Shown: positions 39,525-49,276, counted from the first letter of the stretch. The stretch: DNA of 64,000 nucleotides from Candidatus Micrarchaeota archaeon (GCA_043812915.1 JBDRLQ010000020.1:1-64000); one strand, 5' to 3'. Numbers and translations are program-made. Notes: generated from the sequence alone by a model not told the origin.

Positions 39525-41177
39525 CTACCTTTTGGTTGGGTCGAATGAGAATATGCTCTGCTTTCTCTTTGATGGCCCGCTATCGCCACTCTTGGAAGGC
39601 GCCCTCTTGCTGGACTGTTCCCTGAGCTTTGCGGTGGCGGTTCTGTCCCCATCAGGAACAATGTCCATGTGCAGGGTCCTGTAGCCCGTCTTCTGGACTG
39701 TTACTGCAAGCGCGTCCTCGCCGTGCTCAAGCATCAGCGTGATTGCGCCCTTTGCCGAAGTCCTGCCCTTATCCTCCCCATTGACGCTGACCTGCGCCCC
39801 GGAGACATTCGTGCTGATTATTATCTCGTGCATGAGTTTCTCTGGCGGTGCATGCCCGGCAGCTGCATCTGCCCTTATAGGCTCAGGAGGCATGATGTCG
39901 TTCTGGAGGAGCTTTGCCGGAGCGGGGCTTGGATTTGACGGCTGTCCAATCCGGGCCGGAATTTCAGGCACCTGTGCCACATTCTGTTCTCGCATCATCA
40001 GGCCAGCGCCCAGGGCGGCCCCGCAGATAACGACTGCTGCCCCCATCGCAGCAAATAGCTTCACAGGCCTGCGTTTCTGCCTAACCGCCTTTGTCCTCAT
40101 GGTGGAATTTGGATCCAATCTAGCTTCCTCCGGATTGGGCTTTGCGCCCTCAAGGATGTCCCTCAGCTCCCAGATTGTCTGGAACCTGTCCTCGGGCTTC
40201 TTTGCAAGGCACTTGTCGATTGCGTCCGATACCTCCTGCGGGATATGCGGGTTTATGCTGATTGCAGGCTCCGGCGTCTCCACGATGATTTTTCCCGCCA
40301 GCTGGACCACATTATCGGCATTGTGTGGCGTATTGCCCGTGAGCATCTCATACAGCACAACCCCGACCGAATAGATGTCCGAGCGGTGGTCGAGCGCGTC
40401 GCCCTTGCATTGCTCGGGAGACATGTATGAGGGTGTGCCTCTCATTATTCTGTCCAGTACTTGCTCTTCATCAAGATTGAGCACCAGCCCGAAATCAATT
40501 AGCTTGACTGTCCTCTTCCCCTTTGCCGGATGCAGGATGAAAATGTTGTCTGGCTTTATGTCCCTGTGGATTATCTTTGTGTCATGGGCATAGCCGATGC
40601 CGTCGCAAAGCTGGACTGCGATGTCCTGGGCTTCTCCCCATGTCATGATGCCCCCATGCCTCATCAGAACTTCATTGGCCAGCGTTTCTCCATCCAGGAA
40701 TTCCATTACGTAATAGAGCCAAGCGTCCTTGCGCCCGAAATGGTTGACGCTTACAATATTATGGTGTTGTATCTGGAATAGGGCAGCCATCTCCTGCATG
40801 AACTTCTTTTCCATCTCCTCGTCTTCGAACTGGATTACCTTGATTGCAACCGGCCTGCTGCTGCTGTCACCGACATCATTGATTATTACATGAATTGCAT
40901 CAAGGACGGTTCCCATGGCACCGCTGCCAAGAACCCCGGTAATCTTGTACCAGCTGGCATCTGTGACCGGAAAAACCTCGCCGATTAGTTTCTCCACCTT
41001 CTTCCTTTGGGAATCCGTGGTTTTCGCTTTTCGCTGCCCGCTCTGGGTTATCCTGTCGATGATGGTCTTATCCGCAGGGAAAGCGCCTTGGCCGGGCTGG
41101 GAGCGCCGGATATGTGACTGGTTTGTCTCGGCCTTAGGTTCTTTTGGGGGAATAGCTTTTTTTTGGGAATTTCCCAT
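39525..41177 (-). CDS. Hanks-type Ser/Thr kinase with TM helix and extracellular PEGA-like domain
   Basis: 'LGSGAMGTV', 'VAIK', 'HRDIKPDN', 'DFG', 'GTPSYMSPEQ'; TM 'LFAAMGAAVVICGAALGAGLM'; 'ISTNVSGAQVSVNGEDKGRT...VQKTGY'. Confidence 0.9.
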   Translation of the reverse strand: MGNSQKKAIPPKEPKAETNQSHIRRSQPGQGAFPADKTIIDRITQSGQRKAKTTDSQRKKVEKLIGEVFPVTDASWYKITGVLGSGAMGTVLDAIHVIINDVGDSSSRPVAIKVIQFEDEEMEKKFMQEMAALFQIQHHNIVSVNHFGRKDAWLYYVMEFLDGETLANEVLMRHGGIMTWGEAQDIAVQLCDGIGYAHDTKIIHRDIKPDNIFILHPAKGKRTVKLIDFGLVLNLDEEQVLDRIMRGTPSYMSPEQCKGDALDHRSDIYSVGVVLYEMLTGNTPHNADNVVQLAGKIIVETPEPAISINPHIPQEVSDAIDKCLAKKPEDRFQTIWELRDILEGAKPNPEEARLDPNSTMRTKAVRQKRRPVKLFAAMGAAVVICGAALGAGLMMREQNVAQVPEIPARIGQPSNPSPAPAKLLQNDIMPPEPIRADAAAGHAPPEKLMHEIIISTNVSGAQVSVNGEDKGRTSAKGAITLMLEHGEDALAVTVQKTGYRTLHMDIVPDGDRTATAKLREQSSKRAPSKSGDSGPSKRKQSIFSFDPTKR

Positions 41178-41286
41178 GTTATATTTAGTGTTTGAAAGTA
41201 TTAATATACGTTTCGGTTTTCCTTCCGAATCTATAAATCCGGCTTTCCCCAACACATTTATAAAGTGTTTTAGATAATGTAAACCC

Positions 41287-43032
41287 ATGCAAGTTTCTCA
41301 GTCACAACCAGTGGAGCCCCAGATTAAGGAACGCACATTGAAATCAGATGCAATCAAGCCAGGCAAGAGTTCAGCCTTCGGAAGGGCAGTGCGCACCTGT
41401 GCATTCACAGCAGCCCTCTCTGTCGCGACAATCTTCGGAGGAAGAGCGGGGGCAGAGGAGGCAACCCCCGAACTTCCGCCCGAGCCCCCGTCTGCATTTA
41501 TGGAGCCCCTGCCGGCGGTGACCGAGCCACCTGGGGAACCGACATGCCCGGAAGTGGCCCCTATGGACGACCATGCGTGTCCAGCCCCTGATGAGAGCGT
41601 GCCCAGGAGGGCATGCACAATCCATGCCTGCCAGCTATCGACATTCACGCTAATTGATGGCGAGGAGAGAACCTCAACATTCATAGTTAACGAGCACCTT
41701 CCGATGCCCGAAGTGGAGATAACCGGTCCGGCGACGGTCGAACTCCGTTTTTACCCCTCATTCCTCCTGGAGAGGTTCGATGACGCCGGAGAAGTTGAAA
41801 TCGGCGCAAGGGTCGCAGTGCAAAGGAACGGGGACGCGCCCGAGACATTCACATTCGGGGGAATTTCCAGAAGAACCGATATGGAAGCCAGGGATTTCGA
41901 GGATGCCGACCCTATGGTGGATGCCGAAGGCGTTCGCATGATGGCAATCTCGGACCATGTCGGAGGGACTTTTGATGTGGGCGCAGGAAACCACCATGTC
42001 GCAATAGAGCGCACAATACTGGTTGACGGGGAAGAGGAGCCGATTAACGGCTTCCTGCAGGTTGTGATAACTTTCAGGCCGGATGCGCCCCCGCCAACCC
42101 AAACTGATGAGGCGTCAGGATTAGGGCCGGCGCCAGTGCAGCCGCAAGTGCAAATCCCTGAACCAGAGCCTCCAGCACTCATGTCCCGCGTTGTCTCTCT
42201 TACCGGAGAGAGGCGCCAGTTCCACAGGCTCGGAGAGCTGACGCCTTCTGCAGACATGTATTATGCGGATGTCTTCGGAAACCCCTATAGGATTAACGGC
42301 ACTCTTGCACTTGTTGCCGGCGCGCTTTTCACGGCATATGGCCTTCCGATCGGAACTGGGAGCTCTGCCGGTGCAATACGCAGCTACTCGGTGAATCCCG
42401 CAGTCGGGATCGAGATTCTTAGCGGCAGGCACAGGCTTGACCTTGTCGGCTTTGCAGGATGGCGCGGGATGAGGCTCGATTCGTTCTCCATCCAGGACCA
42501 TAGGAGCGGTGATGCCCGGGGCGACACCTGGGAGGCGGGAGGTCTGGCAAGATACATGTATGATCCTCGCGTAATAATCAGCGTTATGGGGAGCAGCAAC
42601 CCGATAAATCCACTTAACGCTAACCTTGAAGTCAATATACCCTTCGGGAGGAGCCGCGCTTCGATGGATGTTGCGGCAGACTTCATGTTCCTTCAGTCGC
42701 TTGCCGAACTCGAGAGTGTTGCAGGCGGATTCGAGATTGGAAGGAACAACTTCTTCCTTCGTGGGACTGTTGCAGTCCAATACCGGTTCGGGCCAGGCCA
42801 TGAAGCCGAGCCCGGAAGAAGGGCCTGGAGCGTGATTCCTGCCCTTATGGCTTCAGTGGATGCGAATTTCATCGAGACCGAGACGGATCCAGAGCTTGAC
42901 TGGGTGGATGTGCTGGCTGGCGCTTCGTTGGATGCGCGCATCAACAGGTTCGTTTTAGGTGTGGAAGGGCAATGGTCCGCGCTGACCGGAAGGACCGCGC
43001 TGGTTTCATTCAATTTCCGCTATGAGAGATAG
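41287..43032 (+). CDS. Secreted hypothetical protein with beta-strand-rich C-terminal half
   Basis: Signal-peptide-like 'AFTAALSVATIFGGRAGA'; Pro-rich linkers; alternating amphipathic strands ending 'LVSFNFRYER'. Confidence 0.7.
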   Translation: MQVSQSQPVEPQIKERTLKSDAIKPGKSSAFGRAVRTCAFTAALSVATIFGGRAGAEEATPELPPEPPSAFMEPLPAVTEPPGEPTCPEVAPMDDHACPAPDESVPRRACTIHACQLSTFTLIDGEERTSTFIVNEHLPMPEVEITGPATVELRFYPSFLLERFDDAGEVEIGARVAVQRNGDAPETFTFGGISRRTDMEARDFEDADPMVDAEGVRMMAISDHVGGTFDVGAGNHHVAIERTILVDGEEEPINGFLQVVITFRPDAPPPTQTDEASGLGPAPVQPQVQIPEPEPPALMSRVVSLTGERRQFHRLGELTPSADMYYADVFGNPYRINGTLALVAGALFTAYGLPIGTGSSAGAIRSYSVNPAVGIEILSGRHRLDLVGFAGWRGMRLDSFSIQDHRSGDARGDTWEAGGLARYMYDPRVIISVMGSSNPINPLNANLEVNIPFGRSRASMDVAADFMFLQSLAELESVAGGFEIGRNNFFLRGTVAVQYRFGPGHEAEPGRRAWSVIPALMASVDANFIETETDPELDWVDVLAGASLDARINRFVLGVEGQWSALTGRTALVSFNFRYER

Positions 43033-43062
43033 CGTTTTATTTCTCTCCTGCCGAATATCTCC

Positions 43063-44343
43063 ATGTGCTATGCTATTCCTGGCAAAGTGATTGCCGTAGA
43101 GGGCAAAATCGCCACTATAGAGTACTTTGGCGAGCACAGGAAGGCGCAGCTGGTTTTCGATTCCGCCTCCTCCGGGGACTATGTCTATGCTCAGGGCGGA
43201 GTGGTGGTGGGAAAGGTTCCTGAAGCAGAGGCCATTGAAATCCTTGAGCACTGGAAGAAGCAGTTCTTCGAGCTCAAGGAAGTGGACGAGAGGATCTCTT
43301 CAGTTCAGCCTTCATCAGGGGCATTATCTGTCATCATTGACAAGGCAGAATCCGGCAGAATCCTTACAAGGGGTGAAATGCGCCAAATCCTTTCAACAGG
43401 AGGGGATGCGCTCCCTCAGCTTTACCGGGCGGCCAACCACATTAGGAAATCCTGCCTCGACAATGCATGCTGCGTGCATGGCATAATAGAGTTCTCCAAC
43501 AACTGCATGAACAACTGCCTCTACTGTGGGATAAGCCGGGGCAATGATGCGCTCATTCGCTATCGCATGGGCAAGGGGGAAATTATGGAAGCGGTTGACC
43601 ATGCGGTGGAAAAGCTCGGATTCAAGGCTCTCGTCCTCCAGTCTGGCGAAGACGCATACTATTCAGATGACCTGCTGGTTGAGCTGGTAAGGGAAATCAA
43701 AGGAAAGCACGGAATCCTGATTTTCATGAGTGTCGGTGAAAGGAGCGCCGAGTGCTACTGGCGCCTCTATAAGGCCGGAGCATACGGTGCACTTATAAGG
43801 TTCGAGACATCCAGCAAGCGCATCTATGAGCAGGTGCGCCCAGGAAAGAAGCTGGAAAACCGGCTCGGCCTTATCCGGGAGCTGAAGAAAATGGGCTTTG
43901 TGCTCGCGACCGGGTTCCTAATCGGGCTTCCAGGGCAGACTGATGACGACCTGATAAATGACGTGCTGCTCACCAAATCCCTGCAGCCTGACATGTTCTC
44001 CTTCGGCCCGTTCATACCGCACCCCCAGACCCCTCTTGCTTCATCGAAAAAACCTGCACTGGATGATGCGCTCAAGGTAATCGCGCTAAGCCGGCTTGTG
44101 GATCCCCACTCCAAAATCCTTGTGACAACTGCGCTTGAGACATTGGGCGAAGGCGCGAAGAAGGCTGGGCTGATGGCCGGGGGCAATTCATTAATGATAA
44201 ATACCACTCCTGAGAAATATAGGCTATGCTATGACCTTTATCCTGGAAAAACTGGGGAGGGCGGCGCGGTGGAAAAGACCATTGAAGAAACAGTGCGGCT
44301 CCTGCATTCTCTTGGCAGGGCTCCAACAGACCTCGGGTTGTGA
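43063..44343 (+). CDS. hydE: HypC-like domain fused to HydE-type radical SAM enzyme
   Basis: N-terminal 'MCYAIPGKVIAVEG...GDYVYAQGG' (HypC/HupF pattern); 'GIIEFSNNCMNNCLYC', 'VLQSGED', 'GPFIPHPQTPL', 'YDLYPGK'. Confidence 0.85.
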   Translation: MCYAIPGKVIAVEGKIATIEYFGEHRKAQLVFDSASSGDYVYAQGGVVVGKVPEAEAIEILEHWKKQFFELKEVDERISSVQPSSGALSVIIDKAESGRILTRGEMRQILSTGGDALPQLYRAANHIRKSCLDNACCVHGIIEFSNNCMNNCLYCGISRGNDALIRYRMGKGEIMEAVDHAVEKLGFKALVLQSGEDAYYSDDLLVELVREIKGKHGILIFMSVGERSAECYWRLYKAGAYGALIRFETSSKRIYEQVRPGKKLENRLGLIRELKKMGFVLATGFLIGLPGQTDDDLINDVLLTKSLQPDMFSFGPFIPHPQTPLASSKKPALDDALKVIALSRLVDPHSKILVTTALETLGEGAKKAGLMAGGNSLMINTTPEKYRLCYDLYPGKTGEGGAVEKTIEETVRLLHSLGRAPTDLGL

Positions 44344-45707
44344 ACATGGAGATATTCAGCGAAAAGGAGATTAACGGGATTCTTGCCTCCACTCCGGAGC
44401 CGGCAGACGAGATTCTGGATGCGATACTTGAGAAGGCGATGCGGAAAAAGGGCCTGACTTTGAAGGAGGCGGCAACGCTCCTTTCGGTAAAGAAAGAAGG
44501 GCAGCTTGGAAAGCTTTTCAAGGCCGCTGGGAAACTGAAGCAGGAGATATACGGCAACCGCCTCGTGCTTTTCGCACCTCTTTACCTTTCTGATTACTGC
44601 GTCAATGACTGCGACTACTGCGGCTTCCACTGCAGGAACAAGGCTCTGCAAAGGAAGAAGCTCTCAATGGAGGAAATCAAAGAGCAGACTGCCCTGATTA
44701 TGGGCATGGGGCACAAGCGGATACTGGTGGAATCTGGGGAGCATCCGGAGTGCCCGATAGATTATGTTTGCAACGCGATTCGGGCAATATATGATACAAA
44801 GGTAGGGAATGGCGAAATCAGGCGCGTCAATGTCAACATCGCCGCAACAAGCGTTGATGACTACCGGAAGCTCAAGGAAGTCGGAATCGGCACATATCAG
44901 CTCTTCCAGGAGACCTACCATAGGCAGACATACGAGCGCATCCACAAGGGCCCGAAAGCAGACTATGAGCGCCAGATCACCGCGCATGAGCGCGCTTTCA
45001 AAGCCGGGCTGGACGACTATGGCATCGGGGTGCTTTTCGGCCTGTATGATTACCGGTTCGAGGTTCTCGCCCTGCTTGCGCATGCGAGATATATGGAAAA
45101 GAAACACGGGGTCGGGCCTCACACGATCTCGGTCCCAAGATTCAAGCCGGCCCCATCAGTCGACTTCAATCCGGATTATCTTGTTTCTGACTCAGATTTC
45201 CTGAAGCTGATTGCCGTGCTGAGGCTTTCAGTGCCGTACACCGGCATGATTATCTCGACAAGGGAATCCCCTCAAATCCGGGCAATGGCATATAAGCTTG
45301 GGATTTCCCAAACATCCGCCGCTTCGAAGACTTCTCCAGGCGGATACTCCACAAAAGTGAACTGCCAGTTCGAATTGTCGGATCACAGGCCGGTAAGCGA
45401 AGTTATTGGTTCAATTTGCGAGCAGGGTATGCTCCCAAGCTTCTGCACCGCCTGCTACAGGAGCAAAAGGACTGGCGAGGCTTTCATGAAACTGGCAAAG
45501 GAGGGGAACATCCACTATCTCTGCCATCCTAATGCAATCCTCACATTCAAGGAATTCCTGATGGATTACGCTTCCAGGGAACTCCGGGAATCCGGCGAAA
45601 AGGCAATCGTGCGGGAACTGGAAAAAATAGGGGATGAGGAAAGAAAAGAGGAAACTAAAAGAAGGCTTAAAAGAATAGAAAAAGGGGAGCGGGACCTCTT
45701 CTTCTGA
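44340..45707 (+). CDS. hydG: [FeFe]-hydrogenase maturase HydG
   Basis: 'FAPLYLSDYCVNDCDYC', 'IRRVNVNIAA', 'GPHTISVPR'; C-terminal Cx2Cx22C 'PSFCTACYR...LCHPNA' distinguishes it from ThiH. Confidence 0.92.
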   Translation: MNMEIFSEKEINGILASTPEPADEILDAILEKAMRKKGLTLKEAATLLSVKKEGQLGKLFKAAGKLKQEIYGNRLVLFAPLYLSDYCVNDCDYCGFHCRNKALQRKKLSMEEIKEQTALIMGMGHKRILVESGEHPECPIDYVCNAIRAIYDTKVGNGEIRRVNVNIAATSVDDYRKLKEVGIGTYQLFQETYHRQTYERIHKGPKADYERQITAHERAFKAGLDDYGIGVLFGLYDYRFEVLALLAHARYMEKKHGVGPHTISVPRFKPAPSVDFNPDYLVSDSDFLKLIAVLRLSVPYTGMIISTRESPQIRAMAYKLGISQTSAASKTSPGGYSTKVNCQFELSDHRPVSEVIGSICEQGMLPSFCTACYRSKRTGEAFMKLAKEGNIHYLCHPNAILTFKEFLMDYASRELRESGEKAIVRELEKIGDEERKEETKRRLKRIEKGERDLFF

Positions 45708-45708
45708 A

Positions 45709-48396
45709 TTATCTTCTCTCCCCATAGTCCTCGAGGAAATGCTCGTATTCCTTGAGCATCTTCACCGTGACCGAAGGCCTTCTCCTGCTGATTATCCCGG
45801 CTACCATCGAGTCAGTGATGTTGGCAGGCTTTCCGGCCAGCTTCGCACGTAGCGCGTTCATCTTGGCCTCCTGGCAGACGGAAGCGATGTCAGCGCCGCT
45901 GAATCCAGGAGTGAGCTCGGATGCCTTCTTAAGGTCAATTCCGCCTGCGAATTTCTCCCCAAGATGAATCTTGAATATCATCGCCCTCCCTTTCTTGTCA
46001 GGCGGCGGAATGTAGAAAATCTTGTCGAATCGCCCTGGCCTCAGGATTGCCGGGTCAAGGAGAGCCGGCTTGTTGGTCGCCGCAATCACGACAACTCCCT
46101 TCATGCCCCTGAGCCCGTCCATCTCTGTCAGGAACTGGCCGATGATTTCAGAAGGCCCCCCGCCCCTTGCGGGCGCGAAGGTCTCAATCTCATCAACAAA
46201 AAGGATTGCGGGGGTGTTCTCCCTCGCGCGGTTGAATGTCTCCCTTACAACCGTGACCGCCTGGGTGTACCCCTGCTTCATGATTTCTGCGCCGCTAAGG
46301 GACTGGAATGAGGCGTCCAGCTCATTAGAGGCTGCTTTAACTATCAGCGTCTTGCCTGTTCCTGGGGGGCCGAATAGGAGCACGCCCTTGCTCGGCTTCA
46401 CCTTGAACTCCTTCATCATCTCCTCATGGAGCAGCGGAAGCTTTATCGCCTCAAGCAGGGCATTCTTGACTTCATCCAGGCCGGCGACATCATTCCAGGT
46501 CACGATGGCCTCGCGCGGCTTCTCTTCTTCCTTGGCCCCCACCCTGCGCTCGAAGTCCATCCTGAATGTCTCGTACTCATCAAGCTGGGCAAGCGATGTG
46601 CTCGGCCGTACGTAACCTACTATATCAAGCAGGTGCTTCATAGTAAGCGGAACAACCGCTCCTTTGCCGGCAGCCTCCTTTGCGGCAAGGCTCTTGGCCT
46701 CGACAATGATATTCTTCAGGTCTGCCCCTGAGAACCTGCCGGTCTTCTTGGCAAGGACATCAAGGTCAACGTCCTCTGCAAGCGGCAGGTCCCTTAGGTG
46801 AACTCTCAGAATGGCCTTCCTGGCAGCCGTGTCCGGCAGGTGCATATAGATTATCTTGTCGAACCTGCCTGGCCTCAGAAGCGCGGGGTCAAGCTCGTTC
46901 GGAACGTTCGTTGAGCCGATAACAATCACATTGGCCTTTGATTTGCTGGCGCCGTCCATCTCCTGTAGGAGGGTGCTGAGCACTCTCTGGCCGGCTTCAT
47001 CCAGCGAGTCCATCCTCCTCTTCTTGCCCAGGCTGTCAACCTCATCAAAGAACAATACTGTGGGCGCTGTCTTCCTGGCGTTGGAGAACACCTCGGCAAT
47101 ATTCTTCTCGCTCTCGCCGAGCCATTTCGAGATGATTTGCGAGCAGCGCACCTCAATGAAGTTGTATTTCAGCTCTTTGGCAAGAGCGCGCATCAGCATG
47201 GTCTTACCGGTTCCCGGAGGGCCGAAGAGAAGTATGCCGCTTGGAGGCTTTATCCCATATGTGTAGGCAATCTCCTTCTTCTCAAGCGGCATTATAATCG
47301 CGTCGCGCAGCTCGCCCTTCACGTCATCGTAGCCGCCGACATCCGACATCGATTTCTCATCGCCGCCAATGCCTATGTCAGACATCCCGAATTTGCCGTA
47401 GGCCTTCATCTTCTCCTGCCGGTCCAGAATGGCTTCCTGGCTTATCCGGAGGCCCATCTGCTCCGAAATCCCGAGAGCGGCAATCGATGTGCCGATAGCG
47501 AATAATAATTCAACACGGAACGGAGTGCCAAAGAGCATGCCCATCCCGTAATATATGAGTGGCACAATAAGCAGCGCAAGGCTGGACAACAGCTGGGAGA
47601 ATCTGCCCTTCACCCTTCCGGAAAGATAGCTTATCAGGAAAAGTGCAGCGCCCCAGGCAATGAGCTGGGGTATCCCCGAGTCCATGAAAAGGATGACCAG
47701 CACGTTATCCACCACCCACCCCATCGAGCTCCATATCTTGGAGATTGTCCCATAGGAGAATATGGCGGCAAAAGCTGTTCCCATCGAAGGGAAAATCTCC
47801 ATCAGCCCGACAGGCCCTTTGGAGAACATCAGCTCAGGCACGCCCGGCTCATACAACACCATGTTCAGGGGCAGGTACGCGCTATTCTGCACAAGCCAGA
47901 GGGATGAGAGCAGAAGTATCAGCAGCACCGAAGGGACGGATATGAGAACGCTCTTCTTCGAGCCGAAGTACAGGGCTGCAACCGCCATCCCCAGTATAGT
48001 AATCCATCCGAAGAAAGGGAGCTGGCCGAAGCTGAAGGGCGCCATGACAAGTATCTCCAGCGTTGCGATGACCTTCCAGGAGTCGAACATCTGGAACAGC
48101 GTCGCTGCAATCACCATCACGAAGACCAGCCCGAACATCGGGGACTGGTAGACCACTGCGGGGAATGCGAGCAGTATCCCGAGCAGCACGCCGAAGTGCG
48201 GGTGCTTGAATGCGACCGCCCCGCAGGCAACGGCTAATGCCGGGACAATATAAATCGGATAAAACGGGACCGCGCCAAGCAGGAACAGCGCGCCTAGGAA
48301 AACGGTCAGGGCATTCCACACTGATTCGCTTTTCTGGGCGAGCTTTATGTAGGCCCGGACCTTCTGCTCTGTCATCGACTTCTGGGCTGTCCGCAT
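45709..48396 (-). CDS. Polytopic membrane domain fused to tandem Cdc48-like AAA+ modules
   Basis: About 320-aa multi-TM N-terminus; two GPPGTGKT Walker A motifs, Walker B 'FFDEVD' and 'FVDEIE', two 'DPA.LRPGRFD' motifs. Confidence 0.88.
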   Translation of the reverse strand: MRTAQKSMTEQKVRAYIKLAQKSESVWNALTVFLGALFLLGAVPFYPIYIVPALAVACGAVAFKHPHFGVLLGILLAFPAVVYQSPMFGLVFVMVIAATLFQMFDSWKVIATLEILVMAPFSFGQLPFFGWITILGMAVAALYFGSKKSVLISVPSVLLILLLSSLWLVQNSAYLPLNMVLYEPGVPELMFSKGPVGLMEIFPSMGTAFAAIFSYGTISKIWSSMGWVVDNVLVILFMDSGIPQLIAWGAALFLISYLSGRVKGRFSQLLSSLALLIVPLIYYGMGMLFGTPFRVELLFAIGTSIAALGISEQMGLRISQEAILDRQEKMKAYGKFGMSDIGIGGDEKSMSDVGGYDDVKGELRDAIIMPLEKKEIAYTYGIKPPSGILLFGPPGTGKTMLMRALAKELKYNFIEVRCSQIISKWLGESEKNIAEVFSNARKTAPTVLFFDEVDSLGKKRRMDSLDEAGQRVLSTLLQEMDGASKSKANVIVIGSTNVPNELDPALLRPGRFDKIIYMHLPDTAARKAILRVHLRDLPLAEDVDLDVLAKKTGRFSGADLKNIIVEAKSLAAKEAAGKGAVVPLTMKHLLDIVGYVRPSTSLAQLDEYETFRMDFERRVGAKEEEKPREAIVTWNDVAGLDEVKNALLEAIKLPLLHEEMMKEFKVKPSKGVLLFGPPGTGKTLIVKAASNELDASFQSLSGAEIMKQGYTQAVTVVRETFNRARENTPAILFVDEIETFAPARGGGPSEIIGQFLTEMDGLRGMKGVVVIAATNKPALLDPAILRPGRFDKIFYIPPPDKKGRAMIFKIHLGEKFAGGIDLKKASELTPGFSGADIASVCQEAKMNALRAKLAGKPANITDSMVAGIISRRRPSVTVKMLKEYEHFLEDYGERR

Positions 48397-48426
48397 GCAG
48401 GGAAATCCCTCTTACGGTTTATAAAA

Positions 48427-48732
48427 TTATAGTCTGTGAACCCTGATATCCGGCTCCACTCTTCTCCAGCTTCCGTTGATATACTGCCAGAGCTGCTTTG
48501 TTGTGGAATCATAGACCAGGTCGTGCTTTGATGCCGCGTCCATTGAGCGGTCTATCTCAATCAGCGGAAACCTCCTCATCCAGTCAATCTCATCCCTGAA
48601 CGGGTTCCTTTCTATGACTTGGATGCGGTTGCGTTCTTTCTTTACCTTTTCACACCAGGCGCTCACTTTCTCAATCTCTTCCTGGCTAACCATGGGTACG
48701 TTGTCTGAATCCCGGTTTAAATAAGTTTTCAT
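48427..48732 (-). CDS. Hypothetical protein
   Basis: 101-aa ORF with protein-like composition; start uncertain. Confidence 0.6.
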   Translation of the reverse strand: MKTYLNRDSDNVPMVSQEEIEKVSAWCEKVKKERNRIQVIERNPFRDEIDWMRRFPLIEIDRSMDAASKHDLVYDSTTKQLWQYINGSWRRVEPDIRVHRL

Positions 48733-48735
48733 TTA

Positions 48736-49038
48736 ATGCAATACATGATGGCTATGTTAGAATTTTCAGGTTTTGTCCCTAAGCTGATGGCGGATGTCGG
48801 CGATGCCGCCGCGGCAACCCTTATTTCAGGATACTTCAGTATTATTGGCCTGATATACTGCCTTGCCCTCATTATCGGGCTCGGCTCCTTTGTCGTGTGG
48901 CTATGGGCCCTTGTGGATTGCCTCGGCCGGAAATTCAAGGGAGAGAATGACAAGCTGCTATGGGTCCTGGTAATACTATTTGCCGGAATCATAGGCTCTG
49001 TTATCTACTACTTCCTCGTAAAGAAAAAAGAGGGCTGA
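48736..49038 (+). CDS. Small membrane protein with PLDc_N-like domain
   Basis: 'LWALVDCLGRKFKGENDKLLWVLVILFAGIIGSVIYYF'. Confidence 0.75.
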   Translation: MQYMMAMLEFSGFVPKLMADVGDAAAATLISGYFSIIGLIYCLALIIGLGSFVVWLWALVDCLGRKFKGENDKLLWVLVILFAGIIGSVIYYFLVKKKEG

Positions 49039-49084
49039 AAATCAGCCTTTCTTCTATATCTTTTCTTTGGAAAAAACTCATGTC

Positions 49085-49276
49085 TCAGAAATTGTCTATT
49101 CCCATTACGGATACTGCCTGAAGGATGCTTGCAAAGGACTGGTCGAGCTCCATTCCGGTCTTAAGCCCGAGCCTGGATAGCTCCTTCTTTATCTCACCTA
49201 GCGCGGCATGTCCAAATCCTTTGACGCCCTGGAGTTCCTTGTCAGTCATCTCAGTCCCTAGAAGCGCGCTCTCCAC
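49085..49276 (-). pseudogene. Fragment resembling the bacterial RNA polymerase alpha C-terminal (HhH) domain
   Basis: 'MTDKELQGVKGFGHAALGEIKKELSRLGLKTGM' resembles the alpha-CTD pattern; in-frame stop shortly upstream. Confidence 0.45.

Noticed and set aside
44340..45707. ThiH (thiamine) or BioB (biotin) assignment for the radical SAM pair
   Set aside because: The C-terminal Cx2Cx22C motif and length indicate HydG; the partner has HydE-type 'GPFIPHPQTPL' and 'YxLYPGK' motifs
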